DNA of 64,000 bases from an uncultured Chloroflexia bacterium (lineage in GTDB: Bacteria > Chloroflexota > Anaerolineae > Anaerolineales > E44-bin32): NCBI GenBank assembly GCA_963743255.1, contig CAVUPD010000009.1, positions 221,827 to 285,826 on the forward strand. The letters run 5' to 3'. The translations under genes were made by a program, and so were the position numbers. The notes beneath the pieces are model-generated. The model made no database searches and was not told the DNA's origin. It saw only the letters and a list, made by a program, of their open reading frames with translations. Shown here in pieces: positions 33,793 through 44,591 of the stretch; within the stretch, counting starts at the first letter, position 1; every line of letters starts with the position of its first letter.

Positions 33793-35653
33793 CTAGAGCT
33801 CGGCCTTGATGCGTTCCGCCAGATCGCGGCTGATGCCCTGGACGCTCATCAGGTCGTCGAGCGCCGCTCCGCGAATCCGGTCCAGGTCGCCGAAGGCCGC
33901 CAGCAGCGCCTTCCGCCTGCGCGGCCCGACCCCGGCGATGGCATCCAGCTGCGAGGCGATCCCGGCCCGGGCCCGCTGCACGCGATGCTGGCCCAGCGCA
34001 AAGCGGTGCGCCTCGTCGCGGATGCGCTGGATCAGGTACAGCCCCTCCGAGCGGCGGTCGAGGGCCAACGACTCGATCCGCCCGGGCAGGTAGAGCTCCT
34101 CGTGGCCTTTGGCCAGCCCTGCCAGGCGCACACGTTCGAGCAGGCCGTGGCGCTCCAACACCTGCACCGCCTTGCCCAGCTGCCCCTTGCCCCCGTCGAC
34201 GATCAACAGATCGGGCAGCCGCCCGAACGCCGGATCGAGCTTGCCCCCGGGCTTGCGCGCTTCCTCGGAGGCGAGCGCCCAGCGGCGGAAGCGGCGATCG
34301 AGGACCTCCTCCATGCTGGCGAAATCGTCCTGGCCGTGCACGCTCTTGATCGTGAACTTGCGGTAGAGCTTCTTGTTCGGGGCGCCCTGCTCAAAGACCA
34401 CCATCGACCCGGCCGCCGCCGTTCCCTGAAGGTTGGAGATGTCGTAGCACTCAATGCGGTTCGGCGGTTCGGGCAGATCCAGGGCTTGCTGCAGCTGCCG
34501 CCAGGGCGGCCACGTGCTTGCTGCGGTCGCTTTCCCACCGGGCGCGCAGCATCGCCAGCGTCTCCGCCGCGTTCTCGGCCGCCATCGCGATCAGTTCGTG
34601 GCCCGGACCGCTCTTCGGGACCAGCAACTGCACCTCCGGCCGTCCCCGTCGCTGGCGCAGCCATTCCTCGACGATGCGGGCCTCCTCGATTTCGGTCGGC
34701 AGCAGGACGCGCTCGGGGATGAAGGCCGCCTCGGTGTAGAACTGCTTGACGAAGCCCTCGACCACCTCGCGGTCCTCCGCCTGCCGCGTGCCCTCCAGCA
34801 CGAAGTACTCCCGGCCGATCAGTTTGCCATGGCGCACGAAGAACACCTGGACGCAGGCGCTGTCTTCATCGCGGGCGAAGGCGATGACGTCCGAATCGAT
34901 CCGCTCCTGGGAGACGATCTTCTGACCTTCGACGACCTTGTCGATCGCCTGCAGCTGATCGCGCAGCGCCGCGGCGCGCTCGTAGGCCATGGCCGTCGAG
35001 GCCCGGTCCATGTCCTCCCGCAGCCGCTTCACGACGGACTCGGTCTCTCCCTGCAGAAAGCGGCACAGGTCGTCGATCATCTGGCGGTAGCCGGCCTGGT
35101 CCACGGCGCCGATGCACGGCGCCAGGCACAGCTTGATATCGGCATACAGACAGGCGCGCGAGTCCAGTCCGGTGATCACGCGGTCGCAGGTCAGGTAGGG
35201 GAACATTCGCCGCAGGACGTCGAGCGTCTCATGCACAGCCCACACACTGGTGTACGGGCCAAAGTACCGGCTCCCGTCCTCCACCATGCGTCGCGTGATC
35301 AGGATCGTAGGGAAGGCGTCCGCCCAACGCACCTGAATGTAGGGGTAGCGCTTGTCGTCCTTCAGCCGGACGTTGTACTTCGGCCGGTGGCGCTTGATCA
35401 AGTTCATCTCGAGGATCAATGCCTCGAGCTCGGATCCGACGACGATCCACTCGATGTCGGCCACGTGCGCCACCAGTTCGGCCACTTTGCGTCCGTGATC
35501 GGCCGCCGGTTGGAAGTACGAACGTACCCGGCTGCGCAGGTTGATCGCCTTGCCGACGTAGATCACAGCGCCGTCGGCCGACTTCATCAGGTAACAGCCG
35601 GGCTTCGCCGGGAGGCCGTTGAGGAGGGGAGGAAGACTTTCGGGCACGGCCAT
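33793..35653 (-). CDS. uvrC: Excinuclease ABC subunit C (frameshift ~34495)
   Basis: GIY-YIG (PGCYLM..IYVGKA..LRSRVRSYF), ECYDIS, DGGKGQ, RIRDEAHRFA, HhH. Confidence 0.95.
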
Positions 35654-35801
35654 GGCGAGGTGATTCTAGCATACGGCCCTCCGCCCCCTCCCTCTTGCAC
35701 CGCGGTCGTCCGTCGAGAGCGGCGCCTCGCGCCCGACATCCACTCCTGGGCATGCATCGTCTCTCCCGGCCCGTGCCACCCGCAGGTGCTAGAATCAGGA
35801 T

Positions 35802-37079
35802 ATGTCGCGTCTCCACTTGTGTTGGATCGTGCTGGCTGCCTGCCTGAGCGCGTGTGCGCCACCCGGGGCGGAGAACCCGAGAGCCACCCAGGGCTTTGAC
35901 GTCACCCCCGCCGGCGATTCGGCCACGACGGCCACCTCGGCATTCACCAGCGCCGGAAGCACGCTCAACATCTGGATTCCCCCTCAGTTCTCGCCCGACG
36001 GGCCGGGCGAAGCGGCGGCCCTCCTGGCCGACAGACTTCGCGGCTTCGAGGCGTCTCATCCGGGCGTGCGCATCGAGGTCCGAGTTAAGGGCCGCAGTGG
36101 GCCGGCGGGCCTGACGGAAGCGCTCGCCTCCGCATATCAGGCCGCTCCCTCCATCCTGCCGGATCTGGTTGCCCTCGATGGCACCGAACTGGCAATCGCC
36201 CACGAACGCCAGGTCATCCTCGCCTGGGAGGAGTTAGGTACCACCCCCGAGACCTGGGGTTGGATCTCACCGATCCTCGCGGGCGCACGGTCACTGGGAA
36301 AGCTGGCCGGCCTGCCTTTCGCCGCGGAAGCGGACGTCTTTGCCTTCCAGCCTCAGGCTTATTCCAGCCCTCCGCACACGTGGGCAGACCTGTTAACCGG
36401 CAACGGCTCGTTCCTCTTTCCGGCCGGTGATCCCTGGTCGGTGTTCACGCTGGGGCAGTACCTGTCGGTGGGAGGCACCCTGCGGGATGCCGAAGGATCT
36501 CCGGCGCTCGACGCCGAACCTCTGCAGGATGTACTCGCGTTCTATGCCGCGGCGCGCGCCGGCGGGCTTCTGCCTCTCTCGTCCCGACAGCATGAGAACA
36601 GCAGTGCGACGGCCGAGGCGTTGACTTCCGGCCAGGTGGGTGCCGCGGTCGTACCCTTCAGCCGGATTGCGGACCTGCAGGCAGGGGGCCTTCAGATCGT
36701 GGGACCGTGGCCGACGCGTGACGGGCGGGGCACCTGCTTCGTGAATTCGTGGAGTTGGGCCGTCGTTGCCCGGCCGACCCCACCGTCGCCGCTGAGCATC
36801 GAACTGGCGACCTGGCTGGCGCAGCCGGAGTTCACTGGTCCCTGGTCGCGCGCGTTGTCCCTGCTTCCCGCAACGTCCCTGGCGCTGGCCGACTGGCCGA
36901 GCGACGATGTCCGCGCGCTGGCGGAGACACTTAGCATGGCGTGCCTGCCCCTTCCCTCGCCTGAGGACCTCGCACTGTTCGGTCCGGTACTGCGTGATGC
37001 CGCTGGGGCGACGTTGACCGGCGAACTCACCCCCGAAGCCGCCGCCGCCCTGGCATCCGCCACTTTGTCAGGACGATAG
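35802..37079 (+). CDS. Extracellular solute-binding lipoprotein (orphan)
   Basis: Lipobox LSAC, PDLVAL, GLPFA, PPHTWADL. Confidence 0.75.
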   Translation: MSRLHLCWIVLAACLSACAPPGAENPRATQGFDVTPAGDSATTATSAFTSAGSTLNIWIPPQFSPDGPGEAAALLADRLRGFEASHPGVRIEVRVKGRSGPAGLTEALASAYQAAPSILPDLVALDGTELAIAHERQVILAWEELGTTPETWGWISPILAGARSLGKLAGLPFAAEADVFAFQPQAYSSPPHTWADLLTGNGSFLFPAGDPWSVFTLGQYLSVGGTLRDAEGSPALDAEPLQDVLAFYAAARAGGLLPLSSRQHENSSATAEALTSGQVGAAVVPFSRIADLQAGGLQIVGPWPTRDGRGTCFVNSWSWAVVARPTPPSPLSIELATWLAQPEFTGPWSRALSLLPATSLALADWPSDDVRALAETLSMACLPLPSPEDLALFGPVLRDAAGATLTGELTPEAAAALASATLSGR

Positions 37080-37264
37080 GCCGGGGGAAGCTTCGCCCAG
37101 ACCGCACGGCACCGCATCTCGAGTCTAAGCTCGTCTTCCGTGATTGCGTGCTCAGTTGACCCTTGTGTGACGAGGCGCGCAGCGTCGCTCGTTACCGCGC
37201 GAGGGACAAGATGTGCGATAGGATTCGGCCCGGCATGCCAGAGACGTCGGAGGTCGAGCAGCGA

Positions 37265-38113
37265 ATGACGCACGAAGACGAGGTCCAGCAGTGGCGTCAG
37301 CGGGTCGAGACCACGCTTCGGGGCGAGGAGAGCTGGCTCTCGCTGGCGGGCCTTTTCTGGCTGGCGCTCGGCGAGAATTCGATGGGCAGCGGCCGGCACA
37401 GCAAGATCCTGCTTCCGCCGGACACTGCCCCGGAGACTGCCGGGAGCATTGGCTTCGATGGGCAGCGCGCCGTCTTCCACGCCGCCCCCGGCGTCGACGC
37501 CCGCTCCGGAGATGAGGCCGCTGGTGACCTGGCGCTGCAGCCGGACATCAGTGGATCCCCGACGCGCGTCCGCCTCGGGGACGTGACGTTTGTGATTGTG
37601 GTCCGCGCCGGCCGCTGGGGGGTGCGCGTCTGGAACCGCCGACATCCTGCCAGGACCGCCTTCCCCGGGCGCCGCTGGTTTCCAATCCATGAGCATTGGG
37701 TACGGCCCGCCCGCTTCGTGCGCTTTGACCCACCTCGCTCGATGATGACCCAGAACATCCTGGGCAACTCGGAGTTGACGGCGTGCCCCGGTCACGTGGA
37801 CTTCGACCTGGCAGGCAAGGCCGCCAGCCTGTTGGTGACAGACGCCGATTCCGACGGGCTGTTCCTGGTCTTCGCCGACCCAACCAATGGGACTACCACG
37901 TATCCTGCCGGCCGGTTTCTGGCCACCGCCCCGTTGGCAGGCGAGGCCGTGCTGCTCGATTTCAATCGCGCCTACAACCCGCCGTGCGCGTTCACTCCCT
38001 TCGCCACTTGTGCGTTGCCGTCACCGGAGAACCACCTGCCAATCCCCATTCAGGCCGGCGAGATGTACGACGCCGATTGGGACGCGCTGGAGCGGCCGCC
38101 GGCCATGGCGTGA
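37265..38113 (+). CDS. DUF1684 family protein
   Basis: SWLSLAGLFWL, FADPTNGTTTYPAGRFL, LDFNRAYNPPCAFTPFATCALP. Confidence 0.9.
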   Translation: MTHEDEVQQWRQRVETTLRGEESWLSLAGLFWLALGENSMGSGRHSKILLPPDTAPETAGSIGFDGQRAVFHAAPGVDARSGDEAAGDLALQPDISGSPTRVRLGDVTFVIVVRAGRWGVRVWNRRHPARTAFPGRRWFPIHEHWVRPARFVRFDPPRSMMTQNILGNSELTACPGHVDFDLAGKAASLLVTDADSDGLFLVFADPTNGTTTYPAGRFLATAPLAGEAVLLDFNRAYNPPCAFTPFATCALPSPENHLPIPIQAGEMYDADWDALERPPAMA

Positions 38114-38212
38114 GCGGCACAAGCGGGCCCGTGCAGCCGCGTACCACGCGCAGTGCCGCCGTCAGGCCCGTGCCATGGACCGCGGCATCATAGGGCGGAG
38201 GTCTCCCAAGTG

Positions 38213-39508
38213 ATGAGTTCCCTTGCCTACGCCGATCGCCAGGAGCACCTGGGCCGTCTGATCGGAGCCGCCCTGGAAGCAGCCGATCCGGAATCCGCCG
38301 TCCGGCGTTACCTGCGCGCCGAGTCGGGAGGTGTGCGCATCGGCCGGCGCCTGTTCAAGTGGACACCGGGCTCGAGGGTTTTTGTGATCGCTCTGGGGAA
38401 GGCGGCACCGGGCATGGCACACGCTGCCACCGAAATCCTTGGGGATCGGATCGAGGCCGGCATCGTCACCACGCTCGCTCCGTTGGTGCTCACGCTCCCG
38501 GATTGCATGCAAGTAGTTCGTGCCGGCCACCCGCTTCCGGATGCCGGAAGCTTGCTCGCCGGCCAGGCCGCGCTCGACCTGGCGCGCCGCGCCCGCGCCG
38601 GCGATCTGGTCCTGGCCCTGATCTCAGGCGGCGGCTCCGCCATGGCCGAATGCCTCGTGTCCGGGCTCGAACTTGAGGACGTGCGGCGCCTCACGGGAAT
38701 ACTGCTCCATGCCGGCGTGCCCATCACCGCCATCAACCTCGTTCGCGGCGAGCTGTCTCTCCTGAAGGCTGGCGGCCTGGCGCACGCCGCAGCACCGGCG
38801 CAAGTGGCCGGGCTCCTCCTATCCGATGTCGTGGGTGATGATCCGACGTCGATCGCCTCTGGTCCGACCGTCCCTCCCGCCTCCCTCCCGCTCGCCGGGG
38901 AACGAACGCTCAGGAGACTCGGCTGTTGGGAGCTCGCTCCCCCAGCCGTACGCGCAGCCCTCACCAACTACGTCGCGCGGCCTCCCGACATGCCCCGTCC
39001 CCACAACGTGATCATTGCCCGCAATCGGGACATGCTGCACGCGGTGGCGGCCGAGGCGCGATCCATCGGGTTCCGAGTCCGGACGCTGACCACCGTCATG
39101 CAGGGCGAGGCCTACACCGTTGGTCTGCGGCTTGGCAGGCGCCTGGTCTCGGCGGCTCCCCCGGCATGCCTGCTCGCCGGAGGCGAAACCACAGTGACCA
39201 TACGACGCGGCGGCCGCGGCGGTCGTAATCAGGAGCTGGCGCTCGGGGCTGCGCTGGCGCTCGACGGACAGGCGCGTTGCGCGCTGGTCGCACTGGCCAG
39301 CGATGGGACCGACGGCCCGACGGATGCCGCCGGCGCATGTGTCGACGGCGAGACCGCCGGTCGCGCTGGGGGGCTTCGGCTCGATTTGCATCAGGCCGCA
39401 ACGGAGCACGATGTGTATCCGCTACTCGACCATCTGGGCGCGCTGCTGCGCACCGGCCCTACGGGCACCAACCTCAATGACCTGGTCATCGGCCTTTCGT
39501 ACGCTTGA
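38213..39508 (+). CDS. Glycerate kinase type 2 (DUF4147/MOFRL)
   Basis: LGKAA, GHPLPD, LISGGGSA, SDVVGD..IASGPT, GGETTV, GGRNQE, SDGTDG, TGTNLND. Confidence 0.92.
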   Translation: MSSLAYADRQEHLGRLIGAALEAADPESAVRRYLRAESGGVRIGRRLFKWTPGSRVFVIALGKAAPGMAHAATEILGDRIEAGIVTTLAPLVLTLPDCMQVVRAGHPLPDAGSLLAGQAALDLARRARAGDLVLALISGGGSAMAECLVSGLELEDVRRLTGILLHAGVPITAINLVRGELSLLKAGGLAHAAAPAQVAGLLLSDVVGDDPTSIASGPTVPPASLPLAGERTLRRLGCWELAPPAVRAALTNYVARPPDMPRPHNVIIARNRDMLHAVAAEARSIGFRVRTLTTVMQGEAYTVGLRLGRRLVSAAPPACLLAGGETTVTIRRGGRGGRNQELALGAALALDGQARCALVALASDGTDGPTDAAGACVDGETAGRAGGLRLDLHQAATEHDVYPLLDHLGALLRTGPTGTNLNDLVIGLSYA

Positions 39509-39540
39509 CCGAGCGGCGGAGGATTGACGAACGCGTACAT

Positions 39541-39731
39541 CCCCCACCCCCGACCCCTCCCCCTGCAGTCGCGTGGCCTCATCGCCCTGAGATTCTTGCA
39601 GGGGGAGGGGAGCATTTCTTCTGGGGGATGGGGGAGCAGAGCTCCCCCATCCCCCAGAACTTGAACCCCCTCTCCGCCGCGAATCCTCAGGCTGGATGGC
39701 GCCGTCTGCGGAGAGGGGGAAGGGGGTGAGG
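39541..39731. repeat. Cloverleaf palindromic intergenic element between convergent genes
   Basis: Stems cccctccccctgca/tgcagggggagggg, ttctgggggatgggggagc/gctcccccatcccccagaa, ccccctctccgc/gcggagaggggg, closed by cccccacccc/gggggtgagg. Confidence 0.75.
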
Positions 39732-39866
39732 ACGAAGACGCCCTACTTGGCACTGCCCTTGGCACCGCGCGGAATCCATACCTTCGGCAGACTGCCAGGG
39801 GGCCGCCCAGCGCGCACCTGGTGGCGCGCTACAGATCGCGGACGGGATTGTGGAAACGCACGGGGC

Positions 39867-41474
39867 TTACGGGCACAGGGGCTCGACGAAATCGACCCCG
39901 ACCGAGCACGCTCGCTCGAAGGTCATCAGCACGATCCGGTCGTTCCCTTCCCAGGTCGGGTAGTAGTTGAAGTTGACCTCGAGCGGGCCAAATGTCCGAA
40001 CTGTAAGCGTGCGCAGGTTGGCCGGCCACTCCAAATTCGGCATGGCCTCGAAAGCGTACACCGCCACGAAACCCGGTGTCACGTCTTCACCCACGGCGTT
40101 CGCCGGGATCGCCTCGCCGGGCTTGGCAAGTTCCTCCCGCACCCGCGGCGAGAGTAAAAACATGCTGCCGCCGTGCGCGCGTATGTAAGCCGCCAGGTCG
40201 GCGCCCGGATCGTCGAGGCTCCGCCCGTGGATCGTCTCCGCCGCATGGACCAGCCACGCGGCCTGCAGCGCCATCATCGCCGCCACCGCCACGGCCAGCA
40301 CCCATCGTCCCCGTTGCCAGCGGAACCGGCGAATCGATTCCAAGATCCCGCGTCCCGCAAGGACCGCCATGAACGGCGCAAGCACCAACAGGTTGCGCAC
40401 GATCATCACCCGCTGCACGGCGAAGAAGGCCACGTAGATCGCCGGGAAGAGCAGCAACACGCCGGCCAGCAGGCGTGACTCCCTCCAAACCCACCAGGCA
40501 CCTGCGGCCGCGGCCAGACTCAGCAGGCCGGCGAGCACGGGGAACGGCGAAAGGAGCACCAACCCCAGGTAGTCGAGCATCCGCCCCAAATGGAGGGCAC
40601 CGGCAGGAATCGTGTAGCCCCAATGTCCCTGGCTGTACCAGCCGCCCTCCACGACCAGCGCCCGGAGGAACGCCCACGGCTGGAGCACCGCGCCGGGGGT
40701 CGTGATCAGGAAGGCCGCGGCGTAGATCATGAGCTCCTGCACCACCACGCCTGCCGTACGCCGGAACGAACGCTTCTCCATTGACGCAAAGATTGAGACG
40801 AGCAGGACCGGAATCAGCAGGAGGCAGGCGGGGTACTTGGTGCCGGTGGCCAGCGCGGCGGCCACGGCGGCGAATTGTCTCCAACGAGCCTGCTCCGGCC
40901 GGGAGGCGGCGGCCACAACCAGGAGCAGCGTCAGCGCTCCGAACTGCATCATGACCGCGTCGGGAGCGCCCCAGCGCGCGTGGTAGGCGATTTCCCACGA
41001 CAGCCCAAGGATGCCGGCGGCCAGCAGCGCCTCGAGGCGCGATCGCCTCCAGATCCAGACGGATAGATAGACCCACAGCGGCGCCAGCGTGGTCAGCAGG
41101 ACCCGGATCGACCGCAGGACCAGCAGGTATTGTGGCTGATCGGTCGCGGCTCTGAGATCCGCTGCGAGGTCCTCCCCTCCCACGCCCTCCACCATGTCGC
41201 GGCACAGGGTCGGGAACAACGCGGCCAGGTTCAGACCGTAATTGACCGAGGGGTAGAGGTAGTAATTGGGCAGAAGCGTGCGCTCGTCGAGGGACCACTG
41301 AACGGGCTGTATCTGCGCCTCGTACTCATCCCAGTGGTAGCCGAAGTCAGTACCGCGCAGCCCGGTCCAGGCGAGCAAGCCCAAGAGCAATGCGATCGGC
41401 GCCCAAGCCACCAGAGCGCGCAGCCGCCGGTGGCCCGGCGGAGCGAGATCGGCCCTGGAGGACGAATCGGCCAT
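39867..41474 (-). CDS. GT-C fold glycosyltransferase (ArnT/PMT, family 39-like)
   Basis: HWDE loop after TM1, YPS, PDA, ATGTKYP, multiple TM helices. Confidence 0.75.
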   Translation of the reverse strand: MADSSSRADLAPPGHRRLRALVAWAPIALLLGLLAWTGLRGTDFGYHWDEYEAQIQPVQWSLDERTLLPNYYLYPSVNYGLNLAALFPTLCRDMVEGVGGEDLAADLRAATDQPQYLLVLRSIRVLLTTLAPLWVYLSVWIWRRSRLEALLAAGILGLSWEIAYHARWGAPDAVMMQFGALTLLLVVAAASRPEQARWRQFAAVAAALATGTKYPACLLLIPVLLVSIFASMEKRSFRRTAGVVVQELMIYAAAFLITTPGAVLQPWAFLRALVVEGGWYSQGHWGYTIPAGALHLGRMLDYLGLVLLSPFPVLAGLLSLAAAAGAWWVWRESRLLAGVLLLFPAIYVAFFAVQRVMIVRNLLVLAPFMAVLAGRGILESIRRFRWQRGRWVLAVAVAAMMALQAAWLVHAAETIHGRSLDDPGADLAAYIRAHGGSMFLLSPRVREELAKPGEAIPANAVGEDVTPGFVAVYAFEAMPNLEWPANLRTLTVRTFGPLEVNFNYYPTWEGNDRIVLMTFERACSVGVDFVEPLCP

Positions 41475-41784
41475 CGGTGTGGACTCCTGCCCGGAGGCGT
41501 GGCCGACCAGCATACCACCGTTGTCGCGCGCAAAGGGCGGGGGCGAGGGGCCGGGCGGCCAACGCAGGCGCGGCGCTCAGGCATTGCGGGGTCGGCCGGG
41601 CGTTCGGTACCTTCGCCGTTGCCCGCACCGTCGATTTGCCGTCTGCGATCGACTAGAACGCCCGTGCGTATTCGGTGTTTGACCGACCTCTCGAGGGCCG
41701 GGTAGAATCCATCTGCCCCGTCGGGCGAGGGAACGGACGTCCGACGGGGCCTCGCCTGAATCCTATCTCCGCTTCGGGGGCTGC

Positions 41785-43245
41785 ATGACGATCCACTTTG
41801 GAACCGATGGCTGGCGCGGCGTCATCTCGGACACCTTCACCTTCACCAACCTGCGCCAGGTTTCGCAGGCCATCGCCGATGCCGTCGCGTCGGGCGAATG
41901 GCTCAACGGCACCTCCAACGGATTGCACCCGGACGCGACGAAGATGGTCGTCGGCTTTGACACTCGCTTCCTCTCCGATCGGTTCGCGCTGGAGGCGGCG
42001 CGCGTCCTGGCCGCCAACGGGTTCACGGTCCATCTGACCACGGCCGACGTCCCCACTCCGGCCGTCTCCCTCGCCGTCCGCCAGCTGGGCGCCATCGGCG
42101 GGCTCATGATCACCGCCTCGCATAACGCCCCGCGCTACAACGGCGTAAAACTGAAGGCGGCCTACGGCGGTTCGGCTTCGCCCGAGCAGTGTCGCCGCGT
42201 CGAGGTGTATCTGAACGACAACGAAAGCCGGGCGCGCGGCCCGAACTTGATGGACCCGGACGAGGCCCGCCGCCTAGGCCGGCTGCAGCGTTTCAACCCG
42301 ACGCCGGCGTACTTCGACCACCTGCGCAAGCTGATCGACTTCGACATCATCGCCGACAACCCGCAGCACCTGGTGGTCGACTCGATGTACGGGTCGGGCC
42401 GCGGCCAGATCAAGGGCATCTTGCAGGGGACGGGCTGCGAGGTGTTTGAAGTGCGCGGTGAGATGAACCCGGGCTTCGGCGGCATCCACCCGGAGCCGAT
42501 TGCCCGCTACCTGGGGGCGCTCGCCGGCGCCATCGCTGCCGGACACGGACAGCTGGGGGTGGCGACGGACGGCGACGCCGACCGGATCGGCGCCATGGAC
42601 GGGCGGGGCCAGTACGTCGACCCGCACCGAATCCTGGCCCTGGCCGTCAAGTACCTTGTCGAACGCCGCGGCTGGCGCGGCAAGATCATCAAGACCATCT
42701 CGACGACCCAGATGCTCAACCGCCTGGGCGCCCGCTACGGGCTGGAGGTGATCGAAACTCCGGTCGGATTCAATCATATCGCCGACCATATGCTCAAGGA
42801 CGACGTCCTCATCGGGGGTGAGGAATCAGGGGGGATGTCGTTCAAGGGACACATCCCGGAGGGCGACGGCATCCTGATGGCGCTGCTGCTGGTCGAGATG
42901 GTGGCCGCCACCCACACGCCGCTGGCCGAGCTGGTCGAGGGCCTGCTGAAGGAAGTCGGCCCGTCGCATTACGCCCGCAACGACCTACGCCTGTCACACC
43001 CGGTCTCCAAGTCGAAGATGGTCGAACGCCTGGCGCACGAGGCCCCGGCGTCCGTGGGCGGCGTCAAGCTGAAGTCGGTCAACAGCCTCGACGGGGTCAA
43101 ATACCTCTTCGACGACGACTCCTGGCTCTTGATCCGCCCCTCCGGGACCGAGCCCGTGCTGCGCATCTACGCCGAGGCCCGCGAGCCGGAGATGGTTGAA
43201 GCGCTCCTGGCGCACGGCCGAACAATCGCCGACCTGCGCGCCTGA
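41785..43245 (+). CDS. Phosphoglucomutase/phosphomannomutase
   Basis: FGTDGWRG, TASHN, DGDADR, GEESG, RPSGTEP. Confidence 0.95.
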   Translation: MTIHFGTDGWRGVISDTFTFTNLRQVSQAIADAVASGEWLNGTSNGLHPDATKMVVGFDTRFLSDRFALEAARVLAANGFTVHLTTADVPTPAVSLAVRQLGAIGGLMITASHNAPRYNGVKLKAAYGGSASPEQCRRVEVYLNDNESRARGPNLMDPDEARRLGRLQRFNPTPAYFDHLRKLIDFDIIADNPQHLVVDSMYGSGRGQIKGILQGTGCEVFEVRGEMNPGFGGIHPEPIARYLGALAGAIAAGHGQLGVATDGDADRIGAMDGRGQYVDPHRILALAVKYLVERRGWRGKIIKTISTTQMLNRLGARYGLEVIETPVGFNHIADHMLKDDVLIGGEESGGMSFKGHIPEGDGILMALLLVEMVAATHTPLAELVEGLLKEVGPSHYARNDLRLSHPVSKSKMVERLAHEAPASVGGVKLKSVNSLDGVKYLFDDDSWLLIRPSGTEPVLRIYAEAREPEMVEALLAHGRTIADLRA

Positions 43246-43339
43246 CCCGAGAACCGCGCCTCCACCTCCCGGACCCTCACGGTGCCGGCGAGGCGCCGCC
43301 TGCCCGGTCTGCCGAGGGTCATGCCGCAGCCTCCGCCGC

Positions 43340-43516
43340 AGGCCGCCGAAGGTCCCGCGTTCTTGGCGGGATTCGCCCCAGATGTCCTCACCGGGGTCCC
43401 GCCGAAGCCCCCGCCGGAGGTCCCGCGTTCTTTGCGGGGCGTCGTTGGCGGGGCGTTCTGTGCGGGGCGGCATGGGCGGGCGTGATCTACCGGGACTTCA
43501 ACAGGGAGTCAGGCGG
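43340..43516 (-). repeat. Modular repeat element copy 1 (attC-like end)
   Basis: 12-bp gccgaaggtccc and 14-bp gcgttctttgcggg units; ends ccgggacttcaacagggagtcaggcgg, overlapping the DUF1003 stop. Confidence 0.75.
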
Positions 43517-44117
43517 AGGCGGCGTTCTTCTTCGACCGGCCTGATGGTATGGAAGGCCTCAGGACTCGACGCTGGAGCCTCTCGATTTCAGCGAGCACCT
43601 CTTCCGGCTTCGTCTCACTTTCAAGCTCCGCCAGCTCCGTGTCCTGATCGTTGTGGATGCCCATCTTGTCCTGGATGGTGTCGAGCATCCGAAGGACCCT
43701 GGTCAACTCGTACTCGGTCAGGAGGTCGATATGAAGGTCCAGGTCGGCGCGATGCTCCGCTTCCTGGCCCATTCGATTCTGTGTGATGAGGACGAAAGTC
43801 GAGAGGAAGATCGCCTCGAGCGAGACAATCATGGTGAGAAGCCCGTAGGGAAACGGATCGAAGGGGCGGAGTCCCAGCCACCCCGTGTTGAGCAGAAGCC
43901 ATACCCCGAACCACACGATGTGCACGTAGACGAACGACATGTGCCCGGAGATGCCGGTGATGGCGTCGGCGATCCGATCTTGAACGGTGCGCTCGCGGGC
44001 GGCCTTGAGTCGAAGGTGGATGATCGTGCGAATGTAGCGTTCAATCGTGGCACTCAGCGCGGGCGTGGGCTCGGAGGGGAGTTCCGCTTCTTCTGGGTTC
44101 ATATCGCCATCCTGCAT
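43509..44117 (-). CDS. DUF1003 membrane protein
   Basis: FDPFPYGLLTMIVSLEAIFLSTFVLITQNR, DLHIDLLTEYE. Confidence 0.9.
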   Translation of the reverse strand: MQDGDMNPEEAELPSEPTPALSATIERYIRTIIHLRLKAARERTVQDRIADAITGISGHMSFVYVHIVWFGVWLLLNTGWLGLRPFDPFPYGLLTMIVSLEAIFLSTFVLITQNRMGQEAEHRADLDLHIDLLTEYELTRVLRMLDTIQDKMGIHNDQDTELAELESETKPEEVLAEIERLQRRVLRPSIPSGRSKKNAASA

Positions 44118-44337
44118 CCTGTCCAGACCCTTCTCGGGTGGACCTACCCATCGGCCGTCGGGCGGAGGATCCGCCCGACGGCCATGAGATCCAAGATCCC
44201 ACGAAGTTGGTGGGAAGCTCTGCCTGTCTGAAGCTGGCAGATCTTCAAGGACTTCTAGGGCATACCGGCGCGCAAGACAAGCACCCCCGAATGACCGACC
44301 CGCCGTGTCAGCCGAAGGTCCTGGCGGTTTTCCAGGG

Positions 44338-44528
44338 TCGAAGACCGCCGGAGGCCGCCGAAGGTCCCGCCGGAGGTCCCGCGTACTGTGCGGGGCGTTC
44401 TTGGCGGGATTCGCCCCGGATGTCCTTACCGGGGTCCCGCCAAAGGCCCCGCGTCGTTGGCGGGGCGTTCTTTGCGGGGCGCCGTGGGCGGGAGTGAACT
44501 TCCGGGGCTTCAGCAAGGTGTAGGGCGG
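44338..44528 (-). repeat. Modular repeat element copy 2
   Basis: Same units as copy 1; ends ccggggcttcagcaaggtgtagggcgg. Confidence 0.75.
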
Positions 44529-44591
44529 CTGCTACCCCGCGGAAGGGACGCGACGACTGGCGATGGGGAGCGTCGAGCGCGGTGGCAGAAC

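Noticed and set aside
41656-41667. GAACGCCCGTGC as a LexA box upstream of PGM
   Set aside because: Imperfect, GC-rich spacer, not overlapping the likely -10, and the gene is unrelated to repair; probably chance
43509-44516. 335-aa extended version of the DUF1003 ORF
   Set aside because: The N-terminal extension is translated repeat DNA; the real start is probably 44117 or 44102
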